From Terriglobia bacterium (lineage in GTDB: Bacteria > Acidobacteriota > Terriglobia > 2-12-FULL-54-10), in the NCBI GenBank assembly GCA_963666975.2, contig CAXVYR010000004.1, positions 512,001-576,000 on the forward strand: 64,000 nucleotides of DNA, read 5' to 3'. The notes beneath the pieces were generated by a model that made no database searches, was not told the origin of the DNA, and was given only the letters and a program-made list of their open reading frames with translations. A program made the translations under genes and the position numbers. Positions 1-10,644 of this stretch are shown here, in pieces (position 1 is the stretch's first letter; each line of letters starts with the position of its first letter).

Positions 1-130
1 GATTACCCATCTCGAACCGGAGCACGCGGGCTTGAATCCTGCCTTTTACGGGAAGATCGAGAGTTTCGAGCCAACCGCGAAAGGGGTTTAGTCCTTCAGC
101 CGTAACGTACTCACGGATAGACAGCGCCAT
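1..130 (-). CDS. Type II TA RelE/ParE-family toxin, partial (runs off window edge)
   Basis: Manual translation MALSIREYVTAEGLNPFRGWLETLDLPVKGRIQARVLRFEMGN resembles addiction-module killer N-termini; not in the ORF track. Confidence 0.75.
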   Translation of the reverse strand, partial: MALSIREYVTAEGLNPFRGWLETLDLPVKGRIQARVLRFEMGN

Positions 131-144
131 TTAGAACTTTATAA

Positions 145-168
145 TATCATATATGATAAGAATGTCAA
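145..168 (-). promoter_or_regulatory. Sigma70-type promoter with TA operator palindrome
   Basis: TTGACA (minus strand, 163-168) and perfect palindrome TATCATATATGATA (145-158) just upstream of the toxin ATG. Confidence 0.6.
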
Positions 169-483
169 CCCGTCAGTCGAACTGCATACGTCTGCTTGTG
201 CTGGCCCGATGCAGCGATGGATTCCCTCAGAATCGTCGAAGGAGTTATTGTCCCCTGGGGCGATTTCCGTCTCGAATGCATTCTGCGGACAATCCGGAAA
301 TTTCGCATGTGTATGAACCAGCGAAAGCTGTCCCGGACTGTATTGCCTGGGGGGCTAAGATGTGAGTAGACTCTTCAAAAATTTGCTTTCGATAGCACAG
401 GACTCCTGAATTGTGATATATTTCCTTACTGTAAGGAAGTAACCTTGAACATAAATTTAAATCTTCCATAGGTCCAACGCCAA

Positions 484-918
484 GTGAGGATACTGATGAG
501 CATAGCCAAAATCGGCCCGAAGCATCAGATCACAATACCCAAAGACGTCTTTGAGAAGCTGCATCTTGAGGTTGGGGATATTTTAGACACGGAGATTCAA
601 GGCGGGAAGCTTGTCCTCGTTCCCAAGAAATTGATGGAAAAGGCCCCGGTACCGAAGCTGTCTGCCAAGGAGCAAAAGTTGCTAGCTCGGGCACGCCAAA
701 AGATCGGGCTCATCCGCCAGGATCTAGCCTCAGCTCGGGGGCTGACCCACAAGGAGGCGGATACCGCTGCCCGGGTTGGTGTGATCGCATGGGACCAACG
801 GTGGTGGTGGACAGAGGAATGGCAGCGAGGCGAGCGGGAAGCGGAACGGAACCTTCAGGTAGGCCCCACCAAGAGTGTTGAAAGCGTCGGACAGCTGATT
901 GAGGATTTGCGGAGTTGA
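484..918 (+). CDS. AbrB/MazE/SpoVT-family antitoxin
   Basis: KIGPKHQITIPK...LHLEVGD AbrB motif, C-terminal DQRWWWTEEWQRGEREAE; overlaps the next gene. Confidence 0.85.
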   Translation: MRILMSIAKIGPKHQITIPKDVFEKLHLEVGDILDTEIQGGKLVLVPKKLMEKAPVPKLSAKEQKLLARARQKIGLIRQDLASARGLTHKEADTAARVGVIAWDQRWWWTEEWQRGEREAERNLQVGPTKSVESVGQLIEDLRS

Positions 919-1175
919 TGAGAATTGAACGGACTGTCCGCTTCAAACGAGAGTTCAAAGGACTACCTGAATCCCTCAAACGACGTGCGGAAAAGCAACT
1001 GACCCTCTTCTTTCAGAATCCCCGCCACCCTTCATTGAGAATCACAAAGATGGAAGGAACCAAAGACATTTGGGAAGGCCGAATCACCAAAGCCCACCGG
1101 TTCACATTCCAGATCCGGGAGGACACCTGCCTCTTGCGAAGAATCGGAAGCCACGACATCTTGAAAACTCCCTAA
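915..1175 (+). CDS. RelE/YoeB-like toxin
   Basis: 86 aa, NPRHPSLR, IWEGRIT..HRFTF, RRIGSHDIL; coupled to the antitoxin. Confidence 0.8.
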   Translation: MMRIERTVRFKREFKGLPESLKRRAEKQLTLFFQNPRHPSLRITKMEGTKDIWEGRITKAHRFTFQIREDTCLLRRIGSHDILKTP

Positions 1176-1177
1176 TT

Positions 1178-1202
1178 AAAGCCCAAATCAGGTGGGCTTT
1201 TT
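1178..1202. terminator. Probable bidirectional intrinsic terminator
   Basis: AAAGCCCA-loop-TGGGCTTTTT between convergent TA operons. Confidence 0.55.
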
Positions 1203-1245
1203 CTTTCCTGAGGATATTTGATCGCTCGGTGGTTAACAGTGGTGG

Positions 1246-1575
1246 TTACGCAACGACGAGGGATACTTTGCCATGGTTCTTGCTAGCGGGCCTGACGGTG
1301 ATTTTCACATCCTGCCCCAGGGCGGTGAGCAAGTCCATCAGGCGCTCGACGGAGAAGGCTCCCGACTGGCCACGCATGAGGCTGGAAACGTGCGGCTGCT
1401 TGATACCAAGGATCTCACCAGCTTGGGCTTGGGTAAGGCCGCGCTGCTTGATCAGGCGGTAAATTTGCACGATGAGGCGCGCCTTGAGCTGCTCTCGCTC
1501 GGGGTTGGCGAAGCCTAGGTCCGCAAAGATGTTGCCGGTGCTTTCTTTAACCGGGATCCGGGTTTTCCTTGTCAT
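1246..1575 (-). CDS. XRE-family HTH antitoxin (HigA-like)
   Basis: STGNIFADLG, GLTQAQAGEILGIKQPHVS, FSVERLM motifs. Confidence 0.85.
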   Translation of the reverse strand: MTRKTRIPVKESTGNIFADLGFANPEREQLKARLIVQIYRLIKQRGLTQAQAGEILGIKQPHVSSLMRGQSGAFSVERLMDLLTALGQDVKITVRPASKNHGKVSLVVA

Positions 1576-1576
1576 G

Positions 1577-1932
1577 TCAGTTCTGCCTTTCTCTGTAGTC
1601 CCGCTCTGCGGTTGCGAGCCGCTGCAGAATCACCTCGATTTCCTTTTTGTGCGTGGCTATACCTTTTTTGATTTCTTCTGAAACGCGTGCAGTACATAAA
1701 TCGCGTCCTGAAAACGAACTGTATAGACGGCCCGGTATGTGCCAGCCTCGTCGGATGCCACAATTTCTAGGACAAAACGGTCGCCAAAGCCTTTCAGGGC
1801 TTTTACGGCGGGGTATTCTTCGACACATTGTGCGGCGTAAAGAGCTTGGCCGATATCGCGGCGCACAGGCGCGGAAAAGATCTCAAGTCCCTCCGGGATG
1901 ATCCGACCCACCTGACCGCCTTCAAGTCCCAT
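1577..1932 (-). pseudogene. HigB/Gp49-type RelE toxin, frameshifted
   Basis: Pieces in different frames: DLKAVRWVGSSRRDLRSFP / APVRRDIGQAL...TYRAVYTVRFQDAIYVLHAFQKKSK / GIATHKKEIEVILQRL. Confidence 0.75.
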
Positions 1933-2391
1933 TCTATCATTATACCAATATACAGCTATTTGTATAATCGTCAACATATGCGATGGGTGGGATTGCACGC
2001 CGTGTCATGCACACCTCTTGGTCCGGGTTGGATACTGGCGGGAACTGGCCAAAACTGAGGTTCTTTTTGGACTTATTAAATTATAGGGCAGCCCTCTCGG
2101 TGCCCAACCATCCCGAAGTCGCTCGCGGCACGTCGCGATGCCTCATAACAAGGGCTGGATTAACTGTGGAGGAATCCTTTGAATCAACGAAGAAATGGAG
2201 GACGGGATGTTCGCTTAAAGCCTAAAATCCTTTTTGGCCTGCACGAAGATCAACCACCGGCTGTGGCGAAAAAGAATCCCTCTGAGGAGCCGACGCCGTT
2301 ATTCCATCACGGCAGTGGCAGTGCCGCGAGCCCCTGCCTATGATGTAATATTTCTTACAAGGATTGGCACAAAAGATCGGCCTGGTCAGGG

Positions 2392-3246
2392 TCAGATCCG
2401 TGGCTGAAGCACCTGGACGAGTTCGGTGTGCAAGGGTTCTCCACAAGAAATCAGCAAACTGCCGCCAAAGACTACGTTGTCCTCGTCTCCATTGACAGTG
2501 GTCGCCTTGCCGCCAGCCTCCCTGATGCACGGCACGATGGCCGCATTGTCCCAAGGATACATCACCGGATCGAGTGCGGCTTGAAGTCTCCCCCTGCAAA
2601 CAAGCGCGTGTTGCGCGCAGTCCGCGATGAATCGGAACTTGCGGGCGGTCTGGATGTAAGTGGAGAGCCTGTAGCGGGGTCGGTCGGTTTCAGGCTGCAG
2701 GTCAGAGGCGTGAATCCCGCCGGCGGATACCACGGCTTCGCCGAGCGTCTCTTTTTTCACAACTCGAAGGCGCACCGGTTCGAAATCGGCAGTCCGGAAC
2801 CAGCAGCCCAGGCCGGTCGCCGCGTATGTGGTCTCCCGCAGAACGGGCATGTGGATGACGCCCAGGACCGGATTGCCGCGACGGAGGAGAGCGACCAGTG
2901 TCCCGAAAAGTGGGACGCCAAGTGTGAATGACGCTGTGCCATCGATTGGGTCGAGGACCCAGAGGAAGTCAGCTTCCTCTGAAGAAGACGATCCATATTC
3001 CTCACCGAGGATTTTGTGAGATGGGTAACGCTGGCAAATGAGGTCTCGCATCGCGGTTTCCGCTTCGCGGTCGGCGACCGTGACTTCCGAGCCATCGGGC
3101 TTAATCATTACATCACAGCCCTGATAGCGAGGCAGAATCCTGTTCTCCGCCGTGCGAGCCAACTCGAGAGCAAAGTCGAGCAGCGATTTCAAGTCCCCGT
3201 GAATATTGTTATGGAACGTCAAGAGTATTACACCCCGAATATTCAC
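2392..3246 (-). CDS. Inositol monophosphatase family protein (histidinol-phosphate phosphatase HisN-like)
   Basis: VTVADREAE, ILGEE, WVLDPIDGTASF, PWDNAA motifs. Confidence 0.85.
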   Translation of the reverse strand: MNIRGVILLTFHNNIHGDLKSLLDFALELARTAENRILPRYQGCDVMIKPDGSEVTVADREAETAMRDLICQRYPSHKILGEEYGSSSSEEADFLWVLDPIDGTASFTLGVPLFGTLVALLRRGNPVLGVIHMPVLRETTYAATGLGCWFRTADFEPVRLRVVKKETLGEAVVSAGGIHASDLQPETDRPRYRLSTYIQTARKFRFIADCAQHALVCRGRLQAALDPVMYPWDNAAIVPCIREAGGKATTVNGDEDNVVFGGSLLISCGEPLHTELVQVLQPRI

Positions 3247-3387
3247 CGCGAGAGCTGCTGAAGGGCCCCAGATCGTTCCATTTCCCCATGGGAGCGGTTA
3301 CAACTGGGCGACGAAGTGCCTGACTGTGCGCTACAACTGCGACGGATCGGACAATATCATCTGGATTACAACGTCCCTGCCGCGCCG

Positions 3388-3730
3388 CTAGCCCGTTGTC
3401 GCAAATCCACAGCTCAGGTGAAAGGGTCCACCTGTTTCATCAATTACTAACCCGTATACCGACTTGACTCCGGGCTTTTTCTTCACTTCCTTGATCAAGA
3501 AGCCGACGACGTGCTTGCCAAAGCCCTTGCCTTGGTGCCGTGCGTCTATCTTAGATCGCCAGTAGTAGCATTTTCCTTGTTCGCACTCATCACGAATCAT
3601 CGCTAAACCAACCGGAGTAACATCAGCCTAGACAGCTCTCAGCCACGCGTGAGGGTGTGACCAACCCTTGAGCAATGGAGACAACCGCTGGCTTCATGTT
3701 TTCTCTTGCCCCTCAAGCAGCTGGAGGATT
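3388..3730 (-). pseudogene. GNAT acetyltransferase remnant
   Basis: IDARHQGKGFG acetyl-CoA motif; 5' part broken, boundary approximate. Confidence 0.55.
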
Positions 3731-3772
3731 CATATGTTCTCAACGTTCGCCAGTGATTCAGGATTTTCATTT

Positions 3773-3979
3773 CTATGGGTCCTTCGACTTTGGTCGCCGT
3801 TGAGTGATGAAACGTAGAAAGTATTTAGGACCTTCCTTCTTATACGATGCGATACCTGCCCTCAACAGTAGCTCACACACCTGCGCGAGGCTCCTCCCTT
3901 CGCTGTTTGCGATCTGGATTAGTGTCCTCTTCAGCTCTGCTGGAAGTCTGACACCAATACGGTCATCCTTTTTGTCCAT
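3773..3979 (-). CDS. Ribbon-helix-helix/CopG-like regulator
   Basis: MDKKDDRIGVRLPAELKRTLIQIANSEGRSLAQVCELLLR: beta-alpha-alpha pattern; divergent from the phage-like genes. Confidence 0.6.
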   Translation of the reverse strand: MDKKDDRIGVRLPAELKRTLIQIANSEGRSLAQVCELLLRAGIASYKKEGPKYFLRFITQRRPKSKDP

Positions 3980-4103
3980 AGTCGTCAAAGCGGGATTGTA
4001 CGGCACCCTGTCGGGTTTCGCCAACACTTTCTGCTTGACAAAAGAAACCAGTATGGGTACCATTGTTGAACATTGGTACCCTTTTAACGTGGGAGCTTAC
4101 AAT

Positions 4104-6189
4104 ATGACAAGGCAATCTAATGCGTTTCGTGCAAATACCAAGCTCGCCCGAACTCTTTGGGGCAAACTTCCCCAGATTCTCCTTCGCACCCTTAAGGAAC
4201 TGACCGAACGATATTCTCTATCGGTAGCCGCTGGAGATCTCCAGATGCTATGGCAAAACGTCACCCACGCAGGCCTGCTGCGCTTAGCCAAGCGCAATCG
4301 TTGCTCCGGCATCCGAGTCCAGCCGGTGCGGGAGTTTTGCGATGCGTCGACGGGTCGATGGGTGTTCAAAGCGACTCTCTATAAATCCCCAAAGTCAAAA
4401 GGCTTCGTTGGCTACGGCGACGCTGATCCTTCCAACGTTTCCTCCTTGGTCCGCGGGGCCGAGATGCGCATGGCTGAAACCAGAGCGGTCAATCGGGCGC
4501 TTCGTAAGGCCTATGGCATCGGACCGGTGGAGGAGATCGGGTCCTTTCCTCCTTCAGCCAAACAGGTCAGTGGACCTGAAAATGCCTCTGCGCTAATTCA
4601 GAAGAACATCCCGAGCAACGGCCAGCCGCGACTCCGCGATCGGCTCTGCCAGTTGATCCGCCAATACAGTCTGGATCCCACTCTGGTCAAACACTACGCC
4701 GGATTTCTGCGAAACCGAGAACCTGCGCGACGCCACCCGGGCGCGTTGAAGCCAATTTGGCTGCAGTCAAAGACCGACCCGGTCTCCTCTGCCAGCTTAA
4801 CAGCTACGCGCAACCTCAAGAGGTGAAATCATGAGACGTGAAATCCCAGGCCTCCATCAGAAAGCACAGTATAAGGACGAGATCCCGGAGGGCCTCTTTC
4901 TGGTCCGGGTCGAAAGATGCTTCTACCGCTACCATCCGCAGAAGCCCTTCTTCGCAGTTCGCTTTGCAATCATCCAGCCCGAGGAGTTTACCGGAGAACG
5001 TTGCCCGGCAGGCTCTACTGTACCCCCAAAGCCCTGTGGAAGCTCGTTCCTGACTTTGGCTATGACGCAGAATTGTTTCGTTGTCGATGAAAAAGCCATC
5101 CGCGGACAGCTTCACGGTGAAAGGATTTGCCTCCAGCCTGTTACCGTCGATCAATTACTAACCCGGTATACCGACTTGACTCCGGGCTTTTTCTTCGTGA
5201 GGCTGGCCCCTTTAGAATACTCCACCGGCGATTCCTGGGACCGATGGTCAGGGTGTGCAGCTGCTCGAACGATTGGCTCAAGACCGATGGGGAGCGAAGC
5301 CGACGACGTGCTTGCCAAAGCCCTTGCCTCCGCATGGTCCACTCTCCGGGAACGACTTTGTGGTGCCATCGGCTATCTTGACGCCACTCGCTGCCTGATC
5401 GAATGGAAAACGACGGGCAGCCGCTACCCGGAACAGCCTGAGGGCTTACTGGCTCTTGATCCTAGCTTGTCTGCTACTCCTGGATCAGCGCCTATGGTGG
5501 TATTTGTAGCGCATGCCGGAAATCCAATACCTCACTCCATGTTGGGCAACTAGTCGAAGAATCTGTTTCCCGGATCGAGGCACGCTTCCTGCCTCACGCC
5601 GGCACGAATGGCTGCGTGAGCTGCCCTCATCTGTCTGGGGAAGCAAGACCTCGTCGATTCCAAACTGATCCGCCGACCGGGAGCCAGTGACCTTGAATGG
5701 CTTGACCAGCTCTAGCGAGCGTCCTAGCTCCGAAACTCAACCACCGCCGGGCTCTCTCAGCCAAGATCGATGAGATCCTATCCTGGGAGCAAAGGGTGGA
5801 GCATGAACGAGACATCCGCTTTGTGGATTTAGGCCGCTACTTGTGCGAAGTCCGCTCCGGCCAGTACTGGCTGGACAAGCTCGTTTCCTTCGATGAGTTC
5901 TTGGAGAAACGCTTCCCCGAGTCTCGGCGCAAGGCCTACTACCTGATGGCAATCCACGAGCATTTGCCCTCCGACGAGAGCTGAAACTTGGGCAAAGGCG
6001 GCTGAGCTCGTCAAGGTGGCTCGTTCAGAGCATTGTGCTGCACTCCATGCCGACCGAGGAGCGGGAAGTCAGCATGATCATCTACTTTAAGGTGTACAAG
6101 AGCCTGCAACAAGCGCTGGAAACGGCAGCCCTGATGCTGGGGACGGATAAATCCCGTGGCTACTGTCTGGAGATGATCTGCGCGGACAG
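4104..6189 (+). mobile_element. Degraded prophage/ICE-like gene module (possible ssDNA-annealing protein, PD-(D/E)XK nuclease fragment, hypotheticals)
   Basis: Fragments such as MAETRAVNRALRKAYGIG, IGYLDATRCLIEWKTT, LGRYLCEVRSGQYW...FPESRRKAYYLM; many frameshifts; cut off by the IS at 6190. Confidence 0.5.
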
Positions 6190-6276
6190 TGTGCCCCGTC
6201 AGGGCTTGTTGGACAGGTAGAGGGTAATAGTTAAGGTGATGTTTTTGGCTCATCGTAGAGACTGAAAGGAACGAAG

Positions 6277-6648
6277 ATGAGACAAAAACAAGACGACAGG
6301 GGGGCGGTCGAGAAGGCCGTCCGGGAGATCAAACGCAGGACGCGGCGCAGGTTCAGCCCGGAAGACAAAATCCGCATTGTATTGCAGGGACTTCGCGGCG
6401 AGGACAGCATCGCGGAGCTGTGCCGCCGCGAGGGGCTGCACCAGAACCAGTATTACCGCTGGAGCAAGGAGTTTCTGGAGGCTGGCCGCAAGCGGCTGGC
6501 GGGCGACATAGACCGTGAGGCAACCAGTGGCGAAGTCAAGACTCTGCGGGAGCAGGCCGTACAGCTGAAAGAGGCCCTGGCCGAGGCTATGCTGGAAAAT
6601 CGCCTGCTAAAAAAAAGCGTGATCGGGGATGGGGAGGAACATACATGA
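6277..6648 (+). CDS. IS3-family transposase OrfA
   Basis: HTH SIAELCRREGLHQNQYYRW; slippery A8G at 6609-6617 for -1 frameshifting. Confidence 0.9.
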   Translation: MRQKQDDRGAVEKAVREIKRRTRRRFSPEDKIRIVLQGLRGEDSIAELCRREGLHQNQYYRWSKEFLEAGRKRLAGDIDREATSGEVKTLREQAVQLKEALAEAMLENRLLKKSVIGDGEEHT

Positions 6649-7628
6649 GATACCCTGCCTCGGAGAAGCTGGAGATCATCTGCACGGTGGAGCAATCTGC
6701 CCTGGGGGTGCGCCGGACGCTGCAGCAGGTTGGCATTCCCAGATCGACGTTTTACAACTGGTACGACCGCTATGTGTCGGAAGGCTTTGATGGGCTGGAA
6801 GACAAAAAACCCGATCCTGGCCCTGTCTGGAACAAGGTGCCGGAGGAGATAACTCAGCAGTTGGTGACGTTAGCCCTGGCCGAGCCCGATCTGTCGTCAC
6901 GCGAGCTGGCGGTGCGTTTTACCGAGGAAAGGCGGTATTACCTTTCTGAATCGACGGTTTACCGCGTCCTGAAAAGCCATGACCTGATTACCGCGCCAGC
7001 CTTTATTGTCCTGAAAGCGGCGGAACGGTTCGCCAACCCGACCACGGCGGTCAACCAGCTCTGGCAGACCGACTTCACCTACCTGAAAGTCATCGGTTGG
7101 GGCTGGTTCTACCTGTCCACGGTGCTGGACGACTTCTCGCGCTATATCATCGCCTGGCGGCTGTGCAAAACCATGAGCGCAAGTGACGTCTCGGCCACGT
7201 TGCGGGATGCTTTGCAAGCCACCGGCCTCGACCGCGTGGGCGCCCGGCACAGACCTCGCCTCCTGAGCGACAACGGGCCGTGCTACGTCTCTTCCGAACT
7301 GCAATCATGGCTGGCAGAAAACAGCGTGCCGCATACTCGCGGCAAGCCCTATCACCCCATGACGCAGGGCAAGATCGAACGCTGGCACCGAACTCTGAAA
7401 GACCGCATCCTGCTCAACAACTATTACCTGCCAGAAGAGCTGGAGCGGCAGATCGATGCCTTCGTCAACCACTACAACACCAACCGATACCATGAAAGCC
7501 TGAACAACCTGACACCGTATGACGTTTTTACAGGCCAAGGCAGTGCCATCCTGCAAAAACGGGATCGCATCAAAGAGAAAACTATGATCTTAAGAAAACG
7601 GTTGCACTTCAAAAGAAGGGCAGCCTAA
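6645..7628 (+). CDS. IS3-family transposase OrfB (DDE integrase core)
   Basis: WQTDFT, SDNG, TQGKIERWHRTLK. Confidence 0.92.
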   Translation: MRYPASEKLEIICTVEQSALGVRRTLQQVGIPRSTFYNWYDRYVSEGFDGLEDKKPDPGPVWNKVPEEITQQLVTLALAEPDLSSRELAVRFTEERRYYLSESTVYRVLKSHDLITAPAFIVLKAAERFANPTTAVNQLWQTDFTYLKVIGWGWFYLSTVLDDFSRYIIAWRLCKTMSASDVSATLRDALQATGLDRVGARHRPRLLSDNGPCYVSSELQSWLAENSVPHTRGKPYHPMTQGKIERWHRTLKDRILLNNYYLPEELERQIDAFVNHYNTNRYHESLNNLTPYDVFTGQGSAILQKRDRIKEKTMILRKRLHFKRRAA

Positions 7629-7701
7629 CATCAACCCAGAGGAGCCTGAACGCCACCTTATCTTTTTATGCTCTGTGTCCAACATTATCTGACGACGTAC
7701 A

Positions 7702-8861
7702 GCTCCGAACATCTCTCTCGTGGCTGACCCGGCTATCCCATTCGTACTAGAAACAGAACGGTTGTAATCGAGACCGATATTCACACTGCGCCACCGCTTT
7801 GCCAAGCCAGCCGCGCCCCCCCAGTAACGATGGGATTGTGAGGTGTTCTGGGACAGGGAATGTCTTCCCAATAAATTCGCCAAAACTGGCGAGAGAGCAA
7901 TAGTTGCTTGGCCATTGGTTGTGATCCAAGAAGGCTGCACTGAAAAATTGACCATGGTGCTGGGAGTCAACTGGTGATTGATTGACATCCCCACGGCTTG
8001 GTTGATTGTTCGGCCGAAGCTCCCGGAGTAATCGAACCTTCCAGTCAGGTAATTCAATCCGATGCTGGTCCGAGGCGTGAGCAGCCGGCTCAATCCCGCT
8101 GAAACGGTATAGATATTGCTTTCAAAAAGAACGCTTTCTGAGAATCGCTCCCTTCGATAACCTCCCTGGATGGAGAGGCTCGTGCGAGCGCTCAATTGAT
8201 GGATCAAGTTCCCGGTAGTGCTGTTCGTCATACGCTCCAAACGTAAATTACTGTCCAATCCATCGACGACCGAATGGAATTCCGGAAAGGGATTCACCAG
8301 AGCAGAAATATTTCCTACCCCGCCCTGCGAAAACGGATTGCTAAAGGACGCGTCTCTGGCAAGGTTTTCCCGAACAAGCATTCCTGTGAAATCCGGGCTG
8401 AAGCTGAATCGATTATTCAGGATCCATTTCAGCCGCGGGGTGAGATGGACGACCTGGCTCAGGCCCAAATCGTGAGTAAAGCCATCCAAGTCGCGAAAAC
8501 GGTTGTAATGACGCCCTGCGCCGCGGTAATCAACGACGTATTCAGAGTGCTTCCTCTGCAGATTGTAGGCGAAGGAGGCCGACGCCTCCGTATAGGTATC
8601 GCGGGAATACACGTCCTCATCCGCTCGGACATTCTCGCCGACCTGAGAAACCGAGAAAGTGCTCACCAAATGCCTTTTGTACAAATTAGGCAGAACGTAA
8701 GGAAGCTCAGCCACTTTGCTGTCAGTAAAGTTCGACACTTTGCTGTCGGTAAGATTCGAGGAACCGGTCTCTTGTGCATGGACATTCACTGCAAGAAGTG
8801 AAGAAAGCAAAAAGACGCCAGCAAGGCTCGTCAGCCAGAAGGATGGTTTTTTAACAAACAT
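7702..8861 (-). pseudogene. Outer-membrane beta-barrel protein (EPS-associated type), C-terminus truncated by IS
   Basis: Signal peptide ending VHA-Q, amphipathic beta-strands; reading frame runs into the IS right end. Confidence 0.6.
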
Positions 8862-8952
8862 CAGAACACTCCGAGCGGGGTTTCTGCGTAAAATCCCTAA
8901 CTCTTTAGCCCTTGTCAATAATCAACCTGTGACTCAGGCGCATCTTGTTCAG

Positions 8953-8968
8953 AGCAACTGGCATGCCA
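8953..8968 (-). promoter_or_regulatory. Sigma54 promoter
   Basis: TGGCATGCCAGTTGCT (GG-N10-GC) upstream of the beta-barrel gene. Confidence 0.7.
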
Positions 8969-9344
8969 ATTGGGAATTAACCACAAACAGTTGGCTGATG
9001 AGTCGCTTAAGCCGTCCCCAACCAGCGCTGGCAGGCGAGAATACACGGATCGGGGACTCTTCGCAGGTACCGGAATTCTGCTTTATCTGGCAGAAAACAC
9101 AGGAGCTAAATTACATAAATGGGGATTTTGAAGAAAATTATTTCCCTTTTGTAGTCTCCACAAAGCTGAGTAATTCTCTCCGGATGCGACCTCCGCAATA
9201 GCCTGGGGCAGCTTCTGCATTGCCCAAATTTTTCTCCTAATTTCCCCAGTTAGGGCAATGACAGGGAAAGAAACCTTCCCTTGGCCACACGGTGAATGAC
9301 TCGCTAATATTTAGAAACCACTCGGATTTCCGCCTGAGCAGAAA

Positions 9345-9360
9345 TGGCAACCTGCTTGCC
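9345..9360 (+). promoter_or_regulatory. Sigma54 promoter
   Basis: TGGCAACCTGCTTGCC upstream of the 9451 activator. Confidence 0.55.
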
Positions 9361-9450
9361 CAAGGGCTATGGTGCGGCAGTTGGGAAATTTCTTTATGGA
9401 AAGCAGAAATTTCTCTAAACAGCATTCTCGATTGACGGGAATCTTGATGG

Positions 9451-10458
9451 ATGAATTTATGTATGGATGAAACTATTCAGTTGCTAGGGCACAGCCAGAG
9501 GATACAGGAGGTGACGCACATGATTGAGCGCGTCGCCCAAACCGACATCCCGGTGCTGGTGCAAGGCGAGAGCGGATCGGGAAAAGAGATTGTCGCCCGG
9601 CTGCTTCACCTGAAATCTTCCCGGCGCGGCATGCCTTTTCTGAAAGTAAACTGCGCCGCCATCCCGCACGAGTTGCTGGAAAGCGAGCTGTTTGGATTTG
9701 AACGCGGCTCCTTCACCGGAGCCTACAACGCTAAGCCGGGCAAATTTGAGATGGCTCATCAAGGAACCATCTTCATGGATGACATCAGCGAGATGCCGCT
9801 GAGGATGCAACCTAAACTTTTGCAAATATTGCAAGATAAGCATTTTTCGCGTTTGGGAGCCCGGCAGGAAGTCTCCGTTGACGTGCGCCTCATTACGGCT
9901 GCCAACACTCCGCTGGAAAAGCTGCTTGCGGAAGGCAAGTTTCGGAAAGATCTGTTTTATCGTCTGAACGTAGTCACCATTGTCGTGCCGCCGCTGCGGG
10001 AGCGAAAAGAAGATATCCCCGAGCTGGCCCGGCATATGCTGGAAAAGTACGGCGACGATTCGGCCAATGGAAAGGTCGTTTTGTCCGACGAATTGCTCGA
10101 TGTATTCCAGCGGTATGACTGGCCCGGCAACGTGCGGGAACTCGAGAATGCGATCCGCAAATTGCTGGCTGTGGGCGACGAAGCGCAGTTGCTGGACAAT
10201 TTCGAGTGGGGCATGGCGGAGGAGCCCGTCGGCGCCCCCGATCCCGTTATGGAAGTTTTTCCGGGTGTATCATTGAAGGAGGTGGCCAAGCTGGCTGCCC
10301 GCCAAGCGGAGCGGGAAATAATTTTGCTGACCCTGCAAAAAACCAATTGGAACCGCAAGCGCGCCGCCGAACTGCTGCAGATCAGCTACAAGGCAATGCT
10401 GTACAAGCTCAAGGAAGCAGGCTTCGTCAAGCATTCCCGGGCGGCGTACTCGGAATAG
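9451..10458 (+). CDS. Sigma54-interacting AAA+/Fis-HTH regulator without a sensory domain
   Basis: GESGSGKE, GSFTGA, FRKDLFYRLNV, WPGNVRELEN, C-terminal Fis HTH. Confidence 0.9.
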   Translation: MNLCMDETIQLLGHSQRIQEVTHMIERVAQTDIPVLVQGESGSGKEIVARLLHLKSSRRGMPFLKVNCAAIPHELLESELFGFERGSFTGAYNAKPGKFEMAHQGTIFMDDISEMPLRMQPKLLQILQDKHFSRLGARQEVSVDVRLITAANTPLEKLLAEGKFRKDLFYRLNVVTIVVPPLRERKEDIPELARHMLEKYGDDSANGKVVLSDELLDVFQRYDWPGNVRELENAIRKLLAVGDEAQLLDNFEWGMAEEPVGAPDPVMEVFPGVSLKEVAKLAARQAEREIILLTLQKTNWNRKRAAELLQISYKAMLYKLKEAGFVKHSRAAYSE

Positions 10459-10644
10459 CTCTCCTTAATGCCTCCTCCGAAGGGAGCTGGCAGACCGCTT
10501 CTGTGCCCCGCCCGATGGCGGAGCAGAATACGAGATACTCGAACTGACGATGAGGATGCGAAAACAGCACCGGGACATTTCCAAAAAGGTTCCGCATCAC
10601 TCGAGAGCCCCCCCAAAAAATCTGAGTTATTTCAAGGAGAACAC

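Larger units (their letters stand above)
6190..7701 (+). mobile_element. IS3-family insertion sequence, copy 1 (1512 bp)
   Basis: Imperfect 26-bp IRs TGTGCCCCGTCAGGGCTTGTTGGACA / TGTACGTCGTCAGATAATGTTGGACA; orfA+orfB; second copy at 61441-62952. Confidence 0.95.
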
